From: a virus
Lineage: Duplodnaviria > Caudoviricetes
Reading direction: 5' to 3' (one strand)
Length of the DNA stretch: 59,806 bases
IMG/VR virus record: IMGVR_UViG_3300046171_000176
Span: 1 to 59,806 of that record
Positions within the stretch are counted from its first letter, which is position 1. The number at the start of each line of letters is the position of its first letter. The notes under the pieces are model-generated. The model did no database searches. It was not told where the DNA came from and was given only the letters and a program-made list of their open reading frames with translations. Below, piece by piece: positions 48,601 to 58,110 of this stretch. A program made the position numbers and the translations under genes.

Positions 48601-51123
48601 TTTCACAAAACCTCCATTAGTTGCAAGTGTGTTAAAAGTTATTCCACCATCATTTACATTTGCACTTGTTCCTATTACGCCTATTGATGCTTTATAAAAT
48701 CCTTGCATAGCAAGGGCAATAACACTTCCTTCGTTGTTTGTTCCTCGCCTATCAAGGTACTCTACAAATGTAGAATCACCAGTTTCATCTATTGAAGCAA
48801 GAATAGAACCTGCTTGATTAAATCTAATACCTGTATTACTACCTCCTATATCTGCACCTGTTGCTCCAATTAAAATATTTCCAGAACTATCAATACGCAT
48901 TCTTTCTGTAGTACCGCCTGAACCAAAAATTAAATTTGAAGTTGCTGTTAATGCTAAATCGGAAGTAGAACCTCCTGTTATAATTTGATTTGCAATTCCT
49001 AAATAACCTCTTGTTGAATTATTATGTCTTAAATCAAGATATACTCCATCACTTTTATTTAAAGTAACTGCTCCATTTTGTAAAGTTAAGTTTCCAGAAC
49101 TGTTAATAACCATTTTAGTACTCGTACCTGCACCATTTCTAAAATTATGCGTATCACTATCGTAAAAATTAACAGATGTTGAATTGTAACCTATTCTTAA
49201 ACCTGCTAAAACAGTTCCACTTGGATTTAATTCTACTTTTAATTTAGAATCAGCATCAACACTTCCAATTCCTACGTTATTTCCCTTAATAAACATTTTT
49301 GTTGAACCACCAATCTGAAATGCGTGTGAACCATAGTTTTCTCCATCTTGAGCATTGTATATTACTGCTGCTCCATTTTGACCTTCTGAAGAATTTGCTG
49401 TAGAAATTTTTAAACCTCTATTTGTAACACTTGTAAAAGAGGCGTGGTCAAAACTACCACCACCTGTTCCACCTCTAACATCTAATTTAGTTGAAGGCGA
49501 TGTAGTTCCTATTCCTACGTTTCCGTCTCCGTCTATTCTCATTAATTCATTTCTTGTGGTTGTACCACTACCTGCAAAAAATACGTGGCTATCTCCTAAA
49601 TCAGCAACACTATATACTAAAGTATTACTTTCTATACCAAGACCATAAAATTGATAATTATTATTTGCTACCTCATATAAACTAATTTTTCTTGTCTGGG
49701 CAACATTTGTAAATTTCAATATTCCATCAGAACTAATACGCATTCTTTCTGTGCCTAATGCACCAGTATACATAACAATATCAGAATTGTTTTGATTATA
49801 AATTATAGCATTCCCTGTACTATCTCCTGATATTCCAATATATAAATTACTATTGTAATCATTTTTAAACCTAATGTTAGTACCTTGATTTGTTCCTGTT
49901 TTCTTTAAATCTAAAATTGTATTAGTACCACTTAAAGAGGTTTCTCCAATACCTACATTAGTTCCGTTATCATAAATAATACTATCCGTAAGTGTATTTG
50001 GGTCTTGCCATTTAGATACATAATTTGTAGTACCACTTCCATCTACAACACCTCCATCTGTTTCTATTATATTACCACTTGAATCTACAGATAAATTATA
50101 TGCTGCTGTTCCTGTTTTATTACCAGAGCCATAAGCATTTAATTTAATCCCGCCACCACCAATAACTGTAAAATAATCTGCGACTAAACTTTCAGAATGT
50201 ATTACAAACTGATTTGCACTATCACTAATATTTATTCTCCAGTTTCCATAATTTCCTAACCAAGATATTTTACTGCTTGCACCTTCCCCTAATGCAACTT
50301 GACCTGTAACACTAACTCCTGTGCTTGTTGTTTCAAACTTTTTAGAATTATCATAATATAAGTTTACAGCACCATCTGTGATAAATCTAGCCATATATTC
50401 AGAAGTGCCTTTATTTATTTGTACTTCTGTTCCATTACTTTGTATTGCTAAAACACCAGTTCCATCTTCATTAATATAACTATTATTACCATCGTGATAT
50501 ATTTGAAAATCAGGTGTTGTTGAATCTCCAAAAGTTAATTTAGAATTATCAGTAAAGTTTACATTTCTATCAATTTGATTAGGTACATCATTTGACCTAC
50601 CAGCACCAAATACTTCAATTAAACCGTTTGTAGAATGTGATTTTATTACAATTGCAATTTTTTGTATAAGATTACTTGTACCTGTAGGTTTCGTATTAAT
50701 AAATTCACCTGGTGTATCTGATACATATAATTCATCACCTACATTAAATGAATTTGTTGCAATACCTGAAACACTTCCAAGCATTACACATTCGCCTTCT
50801 GCATCAACTGCTAAAGTCTCGTTTAATACGCCAATAGCAGGCATTTTACTACTATCGTTATTATCGGCTCTAATTACTTCGATTATATTCCCAGAAGGAG
50901 GATTTGCGCTGGGAGACGCATGCACTACAGTACCTTTAGATAATGATATACTGTCTTTATTTTTTACGTTAAATATAATTTTTCTAGCTTCATTAGACGC
51001 AAAATCAGCAAAGCTTAAATTACCGGAACCATCGGTTTGAATTATCTGACCAGATGTGCCATCTGCTGAAGGCAAAGTATACTGATCGTTTACATTAATA
51101 TTGCTAAGAAATCGTTTAGCCAT
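45682..51123 (-). CDS. long repetitive tail fibre with C-terminal S74 intramolecular chaperone
   Basis: Many ERMRIDSSGNVGIGTTSP repeats; SDYRLKEN...GFFAHELQEIVPQAV...LVGAIQEL. Confidence 0.9.
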   Translation of the reverse strand: MAKRFLSNINVNDQYTLPSADGTSGQIIQTDGSGNLSFADFASNEARKIIFNVKNKDSISLSKGTVVHASPSANPPSGNIIEVIRADNNDSSKMPAIGVLNETLAVDAEGECVMLGSVSGIATNSFNVGDELYVSDTPGEFINTKPTGTSNLIQKIAIVIKSHSTNGLIEVFGAGRSNDVPNQIDRNVNFTDNSKLTFGDSTTPDFQIYHDGNNSYINEDGTGVLAIQSNGTEVQINKGTSEYMARFITDGAVNLYYDNSKKFETTSTGVSVTGQVALGEGASSKISWLGNYGNWRINISDSANQFVIHSESLVADYFTVIGGGGIKLNAYGSGNKTGTAAYNLSVDSSGNIIETDGGVVDGSGTTNYVSKWQDPNTLTDSIIYDNGTNVGIGETSLSGTNTILDLKKTGTNQGTNIRFKNDYNSNLYIGISGDSTGNAIIYNQNNSDIVMYTGALGTERMRISSDGILKFTNVAQTRKISLYEVANNNYQFYGLGIESNTLVYSVADLGDSHVFFAGSGTTTRNELMRIDGDGNVGIGTTSPSTKLDVRGGTGGGSFDHASFTSVTNRGLKISTANSSEGQNGAAVIYNAQDGENYGSHAFQIGGSTKMFIKGNNVGIGSVDADSKLKVELNPSGTVLAGLRIGYNSTSVNFYDSDTHNFRNGAGTSTKMVINSSGNLTLQNGAVTLNKSDGVYLDLRHNNSTRGYLGIANQIITGGSTSDLALTATSNLIFGSGGTTERMRIDSSGNILIGATGADIGGSNTGIRFNQAGSILASIDETGDSTFVEYLDRRGTNNEGSVIALAMQGFYKASIGVIGTSANVNDGGITFNTLATNGGFVKTERMRIDSSGLVRIQKNTASTTEPLLKLSNANGSTTDGVKMIFEVANTSGNGGEISVVRDGGSFNPYMTFNVSSGVASAPTERMRIDSSGNVGINQTSPSSFFSNASQLVIGDGSTSRGMTIYGSSAGDSQIFFADGTTGNQTYRGIFRYEHSSDSMVMFTSATERMRISSAGNVGIGTTSPSSKLHVVGEARVYTGSNLGYWGVDAGNSYVYFGTNTSNYGLSFQTSGTERMRITSAGAIEIKGTSTTTNAQAFITNDNSVLTIGSSVSGSVVKDIQFNSPSAMMYIDGSTGNVGVGTTSPSTKLHISGGDSAIRITPTGSNDPRIDFTDNGGTVRFYTGYDVSSGNFVITSDEGGFGSSNIMVMSDAGNVIIGNTNVDNPNSLSKVLEIENGGSVGVILNDSRDTPIGLENRGAVFHLTHNTNSRLVVDGASGNVGIGTSTIPNPFSGAYSNILQVGTNGGNTRLAITAGSTSSSDLSFADSNDATNAGSYVGAISYKHNGDYMLFSTNGSEKMRIDSSGNVGIGTTSPAAPLDVQGTSALFMTRTSGGLATYIENDGGYPFLAMYQIGAGARVLINTNGNSYFNGGNVGIGTASPAEKLHVQGNLRLFSGGYPYIDIGVATNNYFRLIHDNPTDTFKIQKNAGTLITVAAGGNVGIGTTSPLEKLNIVETTTTAGTFFPVAISGARYQADYGVGVAFRPENNSSAYANKTAIVGSGGGYGYNMADLHFCFNNSTTITDEVSLSDAKVTMKRSGNVGIGTTAPTYKLQVNGTGYINETLYVNGATTVDDNLYVTAGNVGIGTTSPSHKLYVTESGSQYSIAADYTGTNGSYGAIACQLQNTSPSFIDFYLSSSLVGAIVTNGSNVLYQSYSDYRLKENAVEMTGALDRVNNLKPKRFNFISQPDTEVDGFFAHELQEIVPQAVTGEKDEVNDDGTAKYQGVDNSQIVPLLVGAIQELKAEIENLKSQINN

Positions 51124-51133
51124 AAATTAAATT

Positions 51134-52477
51134 TTATCCTATTTTAGTTACAAGAACTCTAATGTCGTTTGATGCAGGTATTGAATTACTGCTAAAAGAT
51201 ATTGTCAATGTATTAGTGTCTGTTCTTACCACATCCGCATACACTGTATCATAAGTACTATTATCATACAATTGAACTGTTACATCTCTACTGCCTAAAT
51301 TATGTGTTACTGTATATGATGTATTTGATCCATCACCAATAGATGTAGCATATGTTGTTGGAATTTTATAAGTTACTAAAGCAGGCGTTCCTGCGTGATT
51401 GTATGCTTGGTATTCCCAGTCATCATCTGCTTCATTCCATCTTAACTGAACATTTGGTTGGTTACCTCTTTCAATTTCAACACCGGCATTTTCACTTGGA
51501 GTTCCAGTTACATCACTGTTTAATGTAATAATATTATCAGCGATATTTAATTCCGTATGATTAATCTCAGTAGTCGTACCCTCAACAGTTAAATTACCTC
51601 TAATTGTTAAATTTGTATCATTATCTGAATCACCAATAAATACCGTATCTGTTGAATCATACGATGCTAATAAAGTTGCTAATTCTGCTTTTGTTAATTG
51701 ATCTGGAAACTCAACTGTTTTAGTATTAACACCAGTAACGTGACCTGTTGCTGATGTTGTAACTGAATCAATAACCGTAAAGCTATCACCATCGTTATTA
51801 CTTAAATCATTACTTGTTGTATTTGTTCTAGTAACAGCGGAGTGATCTACGGTTAATGTATTTGTTAATGCTGTTGTTTGTAAATCTGTGCCGCCTGCAA
51901 TTGTAAATGTTTCAGAATCTAAATCAATAGCGCCTACGCCAGAATCACCAGCATAGTCTAAATCTTCTGCTGTAATTTGTGTATCTACATAATCTTTTAC
52001 CGCTGCAGATGTTGGTATAGTAGTATCATTATCATTTGAACCAATACCTTCACTTTCTATAATTACTAAACTACTGTTTAATTTTGCAAATGTAACACCA
52101 GCATCTTTTATTCTTACAGCGCCATTTCCATCTGTATTTGATAATTCAATTGTACTATTATCAACAGTAACTTCTATTTCATCTGCATTTGCTGTAATAC
52201 CATCACCACCTACAACGTTAATTGTTTGTGTATGTACTCCATTTGTTGTATTAACAGTACCTGTTAAACCATTACCGGCTGTAATATTAATACCTGTAAT
52301 ATCACCACCTAAATCTACCCAGCCCGCTGAGGTATATAAATAAATTGTATCATCTGTAGTATGATAATATATTTGACCCTCTGCTGGATTACTTGGATTA
52401 GCAGATAATTTATGAATTACGGGTAATTGTAATTCATTTTTATTTAAATTAATATGTGTTAAGTATTGTAAAGCCAT
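51134..52477 (-). CDS. tail fibre/structural protein
   Basis: Thr/Asp/Gly-rich; PTSAAVKDYVD, AGVEIERG, VTHNLG. Confidence 0.75.
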   Translation of the reverse strand: MALQYLTHINLNKNELQLPVIHKLSANPSNPAEGQIYYHTTDDTIYLYTSAGWVDLGGDITGINITAGNGLTGTVNTTNGVHTQTINVVGGDGITANADEIEVTVDNSTIELSNTDGNGAVRIKDAGVTFAKLNSSLVIIESEGIGSNDNDTTIPTSAAVKDYVDTQITAEDLDYAGDSGVGAIDLDSETFTIAGGTDLQTTALTNTLTVDHSAVTRTNTTSNDLSNNDGDSFTVIDSVTTSATGHVTGVNTKTVEFPDQLTKAELATLLASYDSTDTVFIGDSDNDTNLTIRGNLTVEGTTTEINHTELNIADNIITLNSDVTGTPSENAGVEIERGNQPNVQLRWNEADDDWEYQAYNHAGTPALVTYKIPTTYATSIGDGSNTSYTVTHNLGSRDVTVQLYDNSTYDTVYADVVRTDTNTLTISFSSNSIPASNDIRVLVTKIG

Positions 52478-52483
52478 TTTTTA

Positions 52484-53179
52484 TTAATTTGCGAATATTT
52501 TACCAGTAAAACTTGATGTTGTTGTTACTGTTATTTGTGTTGTTGAGTTATGTTGTATGTCTGCTACAACTTCTGTTCCTGCTGAGTCTACAAGAATTAC
52601 TGTAGGGTTTTTTCCTAAATTATGGTTTACTGTTTTTCCTACATTAGCTGTAAAGGTAATGTCATTTGAAACAAAGTTTTTATCAGCGCCTGTTTTAGGG
52701 GACGTAGAAAGATTATAATAACTATCTGCTAATAACCCGCCATTTCCTTCTTTAAAACTTAAAGTAAATGTTGAATATTCTTCGCCTTCACCACCGGCTG
52801 TTAAATTAGTTACAGCAAATATTCCATAATTACCAGGATTATCTGCTTGAGCAATCATTATATCATTGCCGTTTAAAGAATTTAAAAATGATTGTACTGA
52901 CTGTGCATTTCTGTTTATATATGAAAAGATAGCAGAAGTTATTACGTTAAAATTATTAACTCCGCCACCAGATAAAGTAAACTCGCCAGCGCCAGGTGTT
53001 CCCTGATTTTTAAATTGATAAACTAATTGTCCGTTTACATTTATAAGACTTGATGTATTTAAAAAACCGGCTATATCTTCTAACTTATAATTTCTAGTTT
53101 CTCCACCAGAATCTGAACCAATAACCTTATCGTTTTTGGTAACGTTATTGTCCTGAGAATAAGTATTTATTCTAGCCAT
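52484..53179 (-). CDS. virion structural protein (fibre-associated)
   Basis: MARINTY...DKVIGSD...; C-terminal VNHNLGKNPTV. Confidence 0.7.
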   Translation of the reverse strand: MARINTYSQDNNVTKNDKVIGSDSGGETRNYKLEDIAGFLNTSSLINVNGQLVYQFKNQGTPGAGEFTLSGGGVNNFNVITSAIFSYINRNAQSVQSFLNSLNGNDIMIAQADNPGNYGIFAVTNLTAGGEGEEYSTFTLSFKEGNGGLLADSYYNLSTSPKTGADKNFVSNDITFTANVGKTVNHNLGKNPTVILVDSAGTEVVADIQHNSTTQITVTTTSSFTGKIFAN

Positions 53180-53184
53180 TTAAT

Positions 53185-53643
53185 TTATTTTTTTATAACA
53201 TTAATAGACTTTTCAACCCCACGCGAACCGAAGTAAGAAATAACAACCGCCATCATAACCTTTTCAAAAGTATCATTCCATAATGCGTTTATTTGAAAGT
53301 CTACTGAATTTACAGAATCTAATATACCAGCAAAAGAAAAAACAACAATACACCATATTAAAACCATAGGTCTTACGTTTGCTGCAAGCCAAGATCCAGA
53401 AGTAGCATCTGCTTTCCATCTTAAACTTATTTCTTCCATTTCTTTATTCTGCTGATCGTATATTAATTGCTGTAATTTAATTTTATCGTCTGTAGATATT
53501 TTTGCTTTACCTATTTCTGCAATTGCATCTTTAGGTGAAGTTACACCATTTAATACTGCGCCAAGTTGCGGTGAAACAACTGAAGCAGCACCAAATAATA
53601 ATTTACCTACCGTCGTATCTTTGAATTTCTTTTTATCAGACAT
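53185..53643 (-). CDS. putative holin (3TM/GTA-type)
   Basis: RWKAD..SGSWLAANVRP, TM helices, YFGSRGVEK. Confidence 0.7.
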   Translation of the reverse strand: MSDKKKFKDTTVGKLLFGAASVVSPQLGAVLNGVTSPKDAIAEIGKAKISTDDKIKLQQLIYDQQNKEMEEISLRWKADATSGSWLAANVRPMVLIWCIVVFSFAGILDSVNSVDFQINALWNDTFEKVMMAVVISYFGSRGVEKSINVIKK

Positions 53644-54596
53644 TATTTTTTCTTTCTATTAAAATAGTTCATTGCTTTAGGCGAAAGATTCATAGGCTTC
53701 ATAAATTTTATAGATGATATATTTTTTATAGCGTCTTTCATTTTATCTGCATCCGCCTTAGTTATTTGTTCTGAATACATTTTAGTATCTCTGCCTGTAG
53801 TTCCAGCTACTGAAGGCGTAAATTTTTGAATTGATTTTTTACCGCCACCAATCAAACCTTGCTCTTCTTGTAATTGTGTTTGTCTGTTTATTTCGCCTAT
53901 TCTAGCTTTTTTATTTTTTGCCGCATCTAATTTTGCTTGTAATTTTTTTGCTCTTGTAGAACCCGGCTTCGCTTTACTTAATCTATTTTCTAAACCAGTA
54001 ACTTTTATATTTGCTCTTTTTTCTTTTCTTTCACCTTGAATAACACCTCTTATTTGTTGTCTTCTATCAAAGTTACTCCCAGTATCATATGTTCTTGTTA
54101 AATCGCCTAAATCAATTTCTTTAGTTCCAGGAGTAGTTGTTTTCTTTTCTTCAACAGTAGTTGTTGGTTTACCAATTTTATAAAAATTTCTATATGCTTG
54201 AACACCTCCTAATCTTTCTATTTCCTTATCTCTCCATGCTGCCTGCTCTTCATTTAGTTTCATTTGTTTACCACCATAATTAGTAGTTTCAATTTTTTCA
54301 ATTGATTCAGTTGGTTCAGTTTCGCTAATACCTGTTATTTTTTTTAATACATCATCCTGAGCTTGCACGTCGCCTACCTCAGGATCTTGAGAATAAACAC
54401 TGCCCATATACATGGTTTTCATATTAGCAGCAGTTTTGCTTTTAAAAGAATGTGATGAGTCCATCATATAACCCATTTTGTTTCTTACATCTGTAGGTAG
54501 TTTTCCTAATGATTTTTGTTTGTCTGCCGGCACCGGCTTTAAATTATACGCTGGTTTTGACTCTAAGCCACCACCTTTTTTTGATTTTCCTGGCAT
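53643..54596 (-). CDS. basic low-complexity virion protein
   Basis: ORF track; K-rich. Confidence 0.65.
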   Translation of the reverse strand: MPGKSKKGGGLESKPAYNLKPVPADKQKSLGKLPTDVRNKMGYMMDSSHSFKSKTAANMKTMYMGSVYSQDPEVGDVQAQDDVLKKITGISETEPTESIEKIETTNYGGKQMKLNEEQAAWRDKEIERLGGVQAYRNFYKIGKPTTTVEEKKTTTPGTKEIDLGDLTRTYDTGSNFDRRQQIRGVIQGERKEKRANIKVTGLENRLSKAKPGSTRAKKLQAKLDAAKNKKARIGEINRQTQLQEEQGLIGGGKKSIQKFTPSVAGTTGRDTKMYSEQITKADADKMKDAIKNISSIKFMKPMNLSPKAMNYFNRKKK

Positions 54597-54601
54597 GATT
54601 T

Positions 54602-54763
54602 TTATTTTTTATATTTATGTGGGAATAGGGCGTTCATAGCCTGACGTCTGCCTTCACAGCCGCATGGTATATTAAGCCCGTTTGATACTTTATCTACGAA
54701 TCCTTTGATTCCTGTTTTTGTTGTAAAATTATGTATGTCGTCTCCTAAGCCTCTACTTTTCAT
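54602..54763 (-). CDS. small protein with CGC motif (53 aa)
   Basis: Manual translation MKSRGLGDDIHNFTTKTGIK...PCGCEGRRQAMNALFP. Confidence 0.7.
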   Translation of the reverse strand: MKSRGLGDDIHNFTTKTGIKGFVDKVSNGLNIPCGCEGRRQAMNALFPHKYKK

Positions 54764-54764
54764 A

Positions 54765-55052
54765 TTAACAATTCCATTTTCTTCTAGCCGCTAATCCTCT
54801 TTCAGATTTCCATCCTTTAGATCTAGCGCAAAATGATTTTCTTCTTTTATAAGCCTTACTACCTTTCTTTAATTTGGAAGGCGGTGTTGTAACAGCAGTT
54901 TTAAGTTTACTACCAGGGTTATCTTTTCTATATTTAGCTACACCTTTTTTAGTCATTCCTCCACCTGCTTTAGTACCTTTACCTCTACCTTTTTTTACTT
55001 TAGCGTAATATCCTTTTGATTTTTTCCTTGACGGAGCATTTTTACTTGGCAT
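54765..55052 (-). CDS. small basic protein
   Basis: GGMTKKGVAKYR..NPGSKLKTAVT...RRKSFCARS...RRKWNC. Confidence 0.75.
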   Translation of the reverse strand: MPSKNAPSRKKSKGYYAKVKKGRGKGTKAGGGMTKKGVAKYRKDNPGSKLKTAVTTPPSKLKKGSKAYKRRKSFCARSKGWKSERGLAARRKWNC

Positions 55053-55053
55053 A

Positions 55054-55455
55054 TTATTTTATTTTTGTTGGATATACTTTTGTTTTATTGTAAACTTCTT
55101 TTTCTATAGGATTATCAGGATGACCAACATCCATTGCATTACCCTTTACAATCATTTTATCACCTACTCTTTTATAAACCTGCACAGGCTCATCTTTATT
55201 AGGTTTAAAATAGACATTGTTTTGATCATACCAAGATCTTCCAGATCTCATTTGATTAACATGCTCTTTTTCGTGCTCAACTGCATCTGCTTTTTGCTGC
55301 TCATTTAATTTTTTATTTATAGTGATGGTCCTATCCATTTCAGCAAATCCCCATGCGCCACCTAAATCTTTTTCAAAAACTGGTGTATCAGGTGTCGAAT
55401 GTTTTTCATTTATACCCAATAAACCGGGTATACTGTTTTTCATTTTATAGCCCAT
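55054..55455 (-). CDS. HExxH metallopeptidase-like protein
   Basis: GFAEMDRTITIN...AVEHEKEHVNQM...PIEKEVY. Confidence 0.6.
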   Translation of the reverse strand: MGYKMKNSIPGLLGINEKHSTPDTPVFEKDLGGAWGFAEMDRTITINKKLNEQQKADAVEHEKEHVNQMRSGRSWYDQNNVYFKPNKDEPVQVYKRVGDKMIVKGNAMDVGHPDNPIEKEVYNKTKVYPTKIK

Positions 55456-55895
55456 TATCTATCTTTATCTTTAATCATATCATCTATAGCTTTGTTATAA
55501 ACTTTGTCTGTATATGATTTATTATTATAAAACTTGCTTCTTTCACTTGTAGGTAAATCTTCTTCTGCAAGCATTATACGATATATTCGCATAATTAATT
55601 GTTTACATTTAAAAGAAGTTTTATATATACTGTATTTTATAGTTGTCCTATTACGATGTCTCCATACATCTATCCATCCATCTCTTCTAAGTCTTTCCCA
55701 TCTATCTTTATCCCAACTATATGTGTAGGTGCCATCAATAAAATCATTACGCGTAAATCGCTCTTTGCAATCTAAATAAATAAGTAATTCTAAATCGGCA
55801 TCTTTTAGCCCATATGTTTTACAGGCCCATTTTCGGATGAGCCTGTAATATTTTAGTAAATTTAAATTTTTTATGTCACTAGCACTCAACCTCAT
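55455..55895 (-). CDS. conserved hypothetical protein (possible winged helix)
   Basis: GLKDADLELLIYL; ORF track. Confidence 0.7.
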   Translation of the reverse strand: MRLSASDIKNLNLLKYYRLIRKWACKTYGLKDADLELLIYLDCKERFTRNDFIDGTYTYSWDKDRWERLRRDGWIDVWRHRNRTTIKYSIYKTSFKCKQLIMRIYRIMLAEEDLPTSERSKFYNNKSYTDKVYNKAIDDMIKDKDR

Positions 55896-56149
55896 TCGAC
55901 TAGTACTATATCACCAAGTTTTAAAACATAATATAGTTTATCTTTCCATTCAATCCCATGTCCAGCATGTTTATCGTAATGTACTATATCATCTTTGTTA
56001 AGTATATCTGCCAAATGACCAGCAGAAATTACTTTGCCTTTTAAATATCTAACGTCTTTATTTTGATCTTCTGTTAGTTCAAGACCACCAACTTTTTTTG
56101 GCGCTTCTTTTATTTTTTCTATTACAACGTAGTAATTAATTGCTTTCAT
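55892..56149 (-). CDS. groES: co-chaperonin GroES
   Basis: VVIEKI...GGLEL...GKVISAG...DIV; adjacent to groEL. Confidence 0.8.
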   Translation of the reverse strand: MKAINYYVVIEKIKEAPKKVGGLELTEDQNKDVRYLKGKVISAGHLADILNKDDIVHYDKHAGHGIEWKDKLYYVLKLGDIVLVE

Positions 56150-57698
56150 AGTCCCTTACATTATTAATTACACAATCTGCTGAAAATATGGTGTTTGCAA
56201 CGCTAACTGCATTTTTTAATGCCGTTTTAGTAACAAGCACTGGATCTATAATGCCAGCCTCAACCATATTAATTTTTTTATTTTTTACAACATCAATACC
56301 TATACCAGCTTTACTATATTCTTTATATTCTAATGCTGCATTATCTAATATTGCCGCGTATGGTGCTTTTATAGCTTGTAATAAAATAGCTTCACCATCA
56401 TTCTCAGGTGCTATAGAAAATGATGCATCTAATAATGCAACACCACCACCTGAAACAATACCTTCCTGTAAAGCTGCTTTAGTAGCATATATAGCGTCTT
56501 CAACTCTATCTTTCTTTTCCTTCATTTCAACTTTAGAGTTTGCACCAACCTTAATCATTGCTACTTGTCCATTTAGCATTGCTAATCTTTCTTGTAGCTT
56601 CTTTTTGAAGAATGGATTTTTTTCTTCTTTGATTTTATTTTCAACCACTTCGATTCTCTCGTTGAGAGCAACGCCTTGGTCAATTGTTTGTAACACTGTA
56701 TGTTTATCATCCGTAACTGACTGAATAGCCTGTCCTAAAACATCGGGTTGTATTAAATCAAGATCATCACCTAATTCTTCATTTATGACTTTAGCTCCGG
56801 TAAGTATCGCAAGGTCTTCAATTGTATCTTGTTTTGTTGGACCGAATCCAGGCAAATCCACAACATTTACTTTTATATTACCTTTAACTTTATTAGCAAG
56901 TAATGCTGCCAAAGGTTGTTGTTCTACGCCCGCAACGATTAACAAACTTCTTTTCGATTTTATAACAAACTCCAATACGCTTTGTATTTTACGGATATTA
57001 GGTATTGGCGAAGATACTATCAGTACGTACGGATTATCTAGTACTGCCTTACCTTTATCCTTGTCTGTGATAAAATGTGGCGATTTGAGTCCGCAATTTA
57101 TTCTAGTGCCCTCAACAAATTTAACGTGAGTGTCATGGGTCTCGGACTCTTCCATAAGGACGACACCATCCTTTCCTACTTTTGAATAGGCTTGCGATAT
57201 GATCTTCCCGAGAGCTTTATCATTATTACAACTAATTTCAGCTACGCTTTCGAGCATATCGTCTTTTACTTGAACTGCATTGTCATCAAGATATTGAATT
57301 ACTTTATTCATACCTGATATTATACCTTCTTTAATAGGTCTTACAGTTTGTGCATATTTTTTATCATTTGCTAAATGCAATAATGAATGAGCAAGGACGG
57401 TAGCCGTTGTGGTACCATCACCTGCTTCTTTCACTGTATTTTTAGCTGCTTCTTTAATTAGTGTTGCACCAATGTTTTCGACCGGGTCGATTAAGACTAC
57501 GCTTTCCGCCACGGTTACACCATCTTTTGTGATCACCGGTCTTCCGAGTGCGTCTTCATATATAACGCATTTACCTGATGCACCTAATGTAGATTTAACT
57601 GCACTTGTTAATTTATCTACACCAGCCATTATTTTTTCTCTAGCACCTTTCCCGAAGGAAAGATTCTTAACTATCTCACTTGGGTTATTATATTCCAT
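56136..57698 (-). CDS. groEL: chaperonin GroEL
   Basis: ITKDGVTVA, AGDGTTTATVLA, KLQERLA, EKKDRVEDA, GIIDP. Confidence 0.95.
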   Translation of the reverse strand: MEYNNPSEIVKNLSFGKGAREKIMAGVDKLTSAVKSTLGASGKCVIYEDALGRPVITKDGVTVAESVVLIDPVENIGATLIKEAAKNTVKEAGDGTTTATVLAHSLLHLANDKKYAQTVRPIKEGIISGMNKVIQYLDDNAVQVKDDMLESVAEISCNNDKALGKIISQAYSKVGKDGVVLMEESETHDTHVKFVEGTRINCGLKSPHFITDKDKGKAVLDNPYVLIVSSPIPNIRKIQSVLEFVIKSKRSLLIVAGVEQQPLAALLANKVKGNIKVNVVDLPGFGPTKQDTIEDLAILTGAKVINEELGDDLDLIQPDVLGQAIQSVTDDKHTVLQTIDQGVALNERIEVVENKIKEEKNPFFKKKLQERLAMLNGQVAMIKVGANSKVEMKEKKDRVEDAIYATKAALQEGIVSGGGVALLDASFSIAPENDGEAILLQAIKAPYAAILDNAALEYKEYSKAGIGIDVVKNKKINMVEAGIIDPVLVTKTALKNAVSVANTIFSADCVINNVRDYESN

Positions 57699-57723
57699 TA
57701 AATTAAATTTTGTTTATAAGTGG

Positions 57724-58032
57724 TTATTTAAAGGTTTTTACAACTTTAGGTCCTTTTGCGAACTCTAGTCTTTTGTTGTAATGTTCAATACTTCCATCAA
57801 TTGCAGCTTCTGCTGATTCAATGGTTTCTCTTCTTGTTACGTCTGTCCAATTATCAGATGGTGTACCGTCTGCGTTTAAGCTTAAGCATTCGGTTTGATA
57901 AAATCCATTTGGTAATTGAACAATTCTCCAATTTTTTTTGTCTGCGAAAAATTCCCATGTCTTCTTGGTTTCTTCGGATATTCCTTGGCTACTATTGTTC
58001 GCCCAGGAATAGGTTTTGTAATAAAATGTCAT
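57724..58032 (-). CDS. conserved hypothetical protein
   Basis: NWRIVQLPNGFYQTE...DVTRRETIESAEAAIDGS. Confidence 0.75.
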   Translation of the reverse strand: MTFYYKTYSWANNSSQGISEETKKTWEFFADKKNWRIVQLPNGFYQTECLSLNADGTPSDNWTDVTRRETIESAEAAIDGSIEHYNKRLEFAKGPKVVKTFK

Positions 58033-58052
58033 TGGTTTTGGTTTATAATACT

Positions 58053-58080
58053 ATAATCACGTGGTTGTTAAATTCTTTAA
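58053..58080 (-). promoter_or_regulatory. late promoter-like motif (chaperonin operon)
   Basis: TTAA-N16-GTGATTAT. Confidence 0.6.
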
Positions 58081-58110
58081 AAACAGATGTTGTCGTTACT
58101 TACAACACCA

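Noticed and set aside
45682-51123. Diversity-generating retroelement or invertase shufflon acting on the fibre
   Set aside because: No reverse transcriptase or site-specific recombinase, and no adenine-specific TR/VR pair seen
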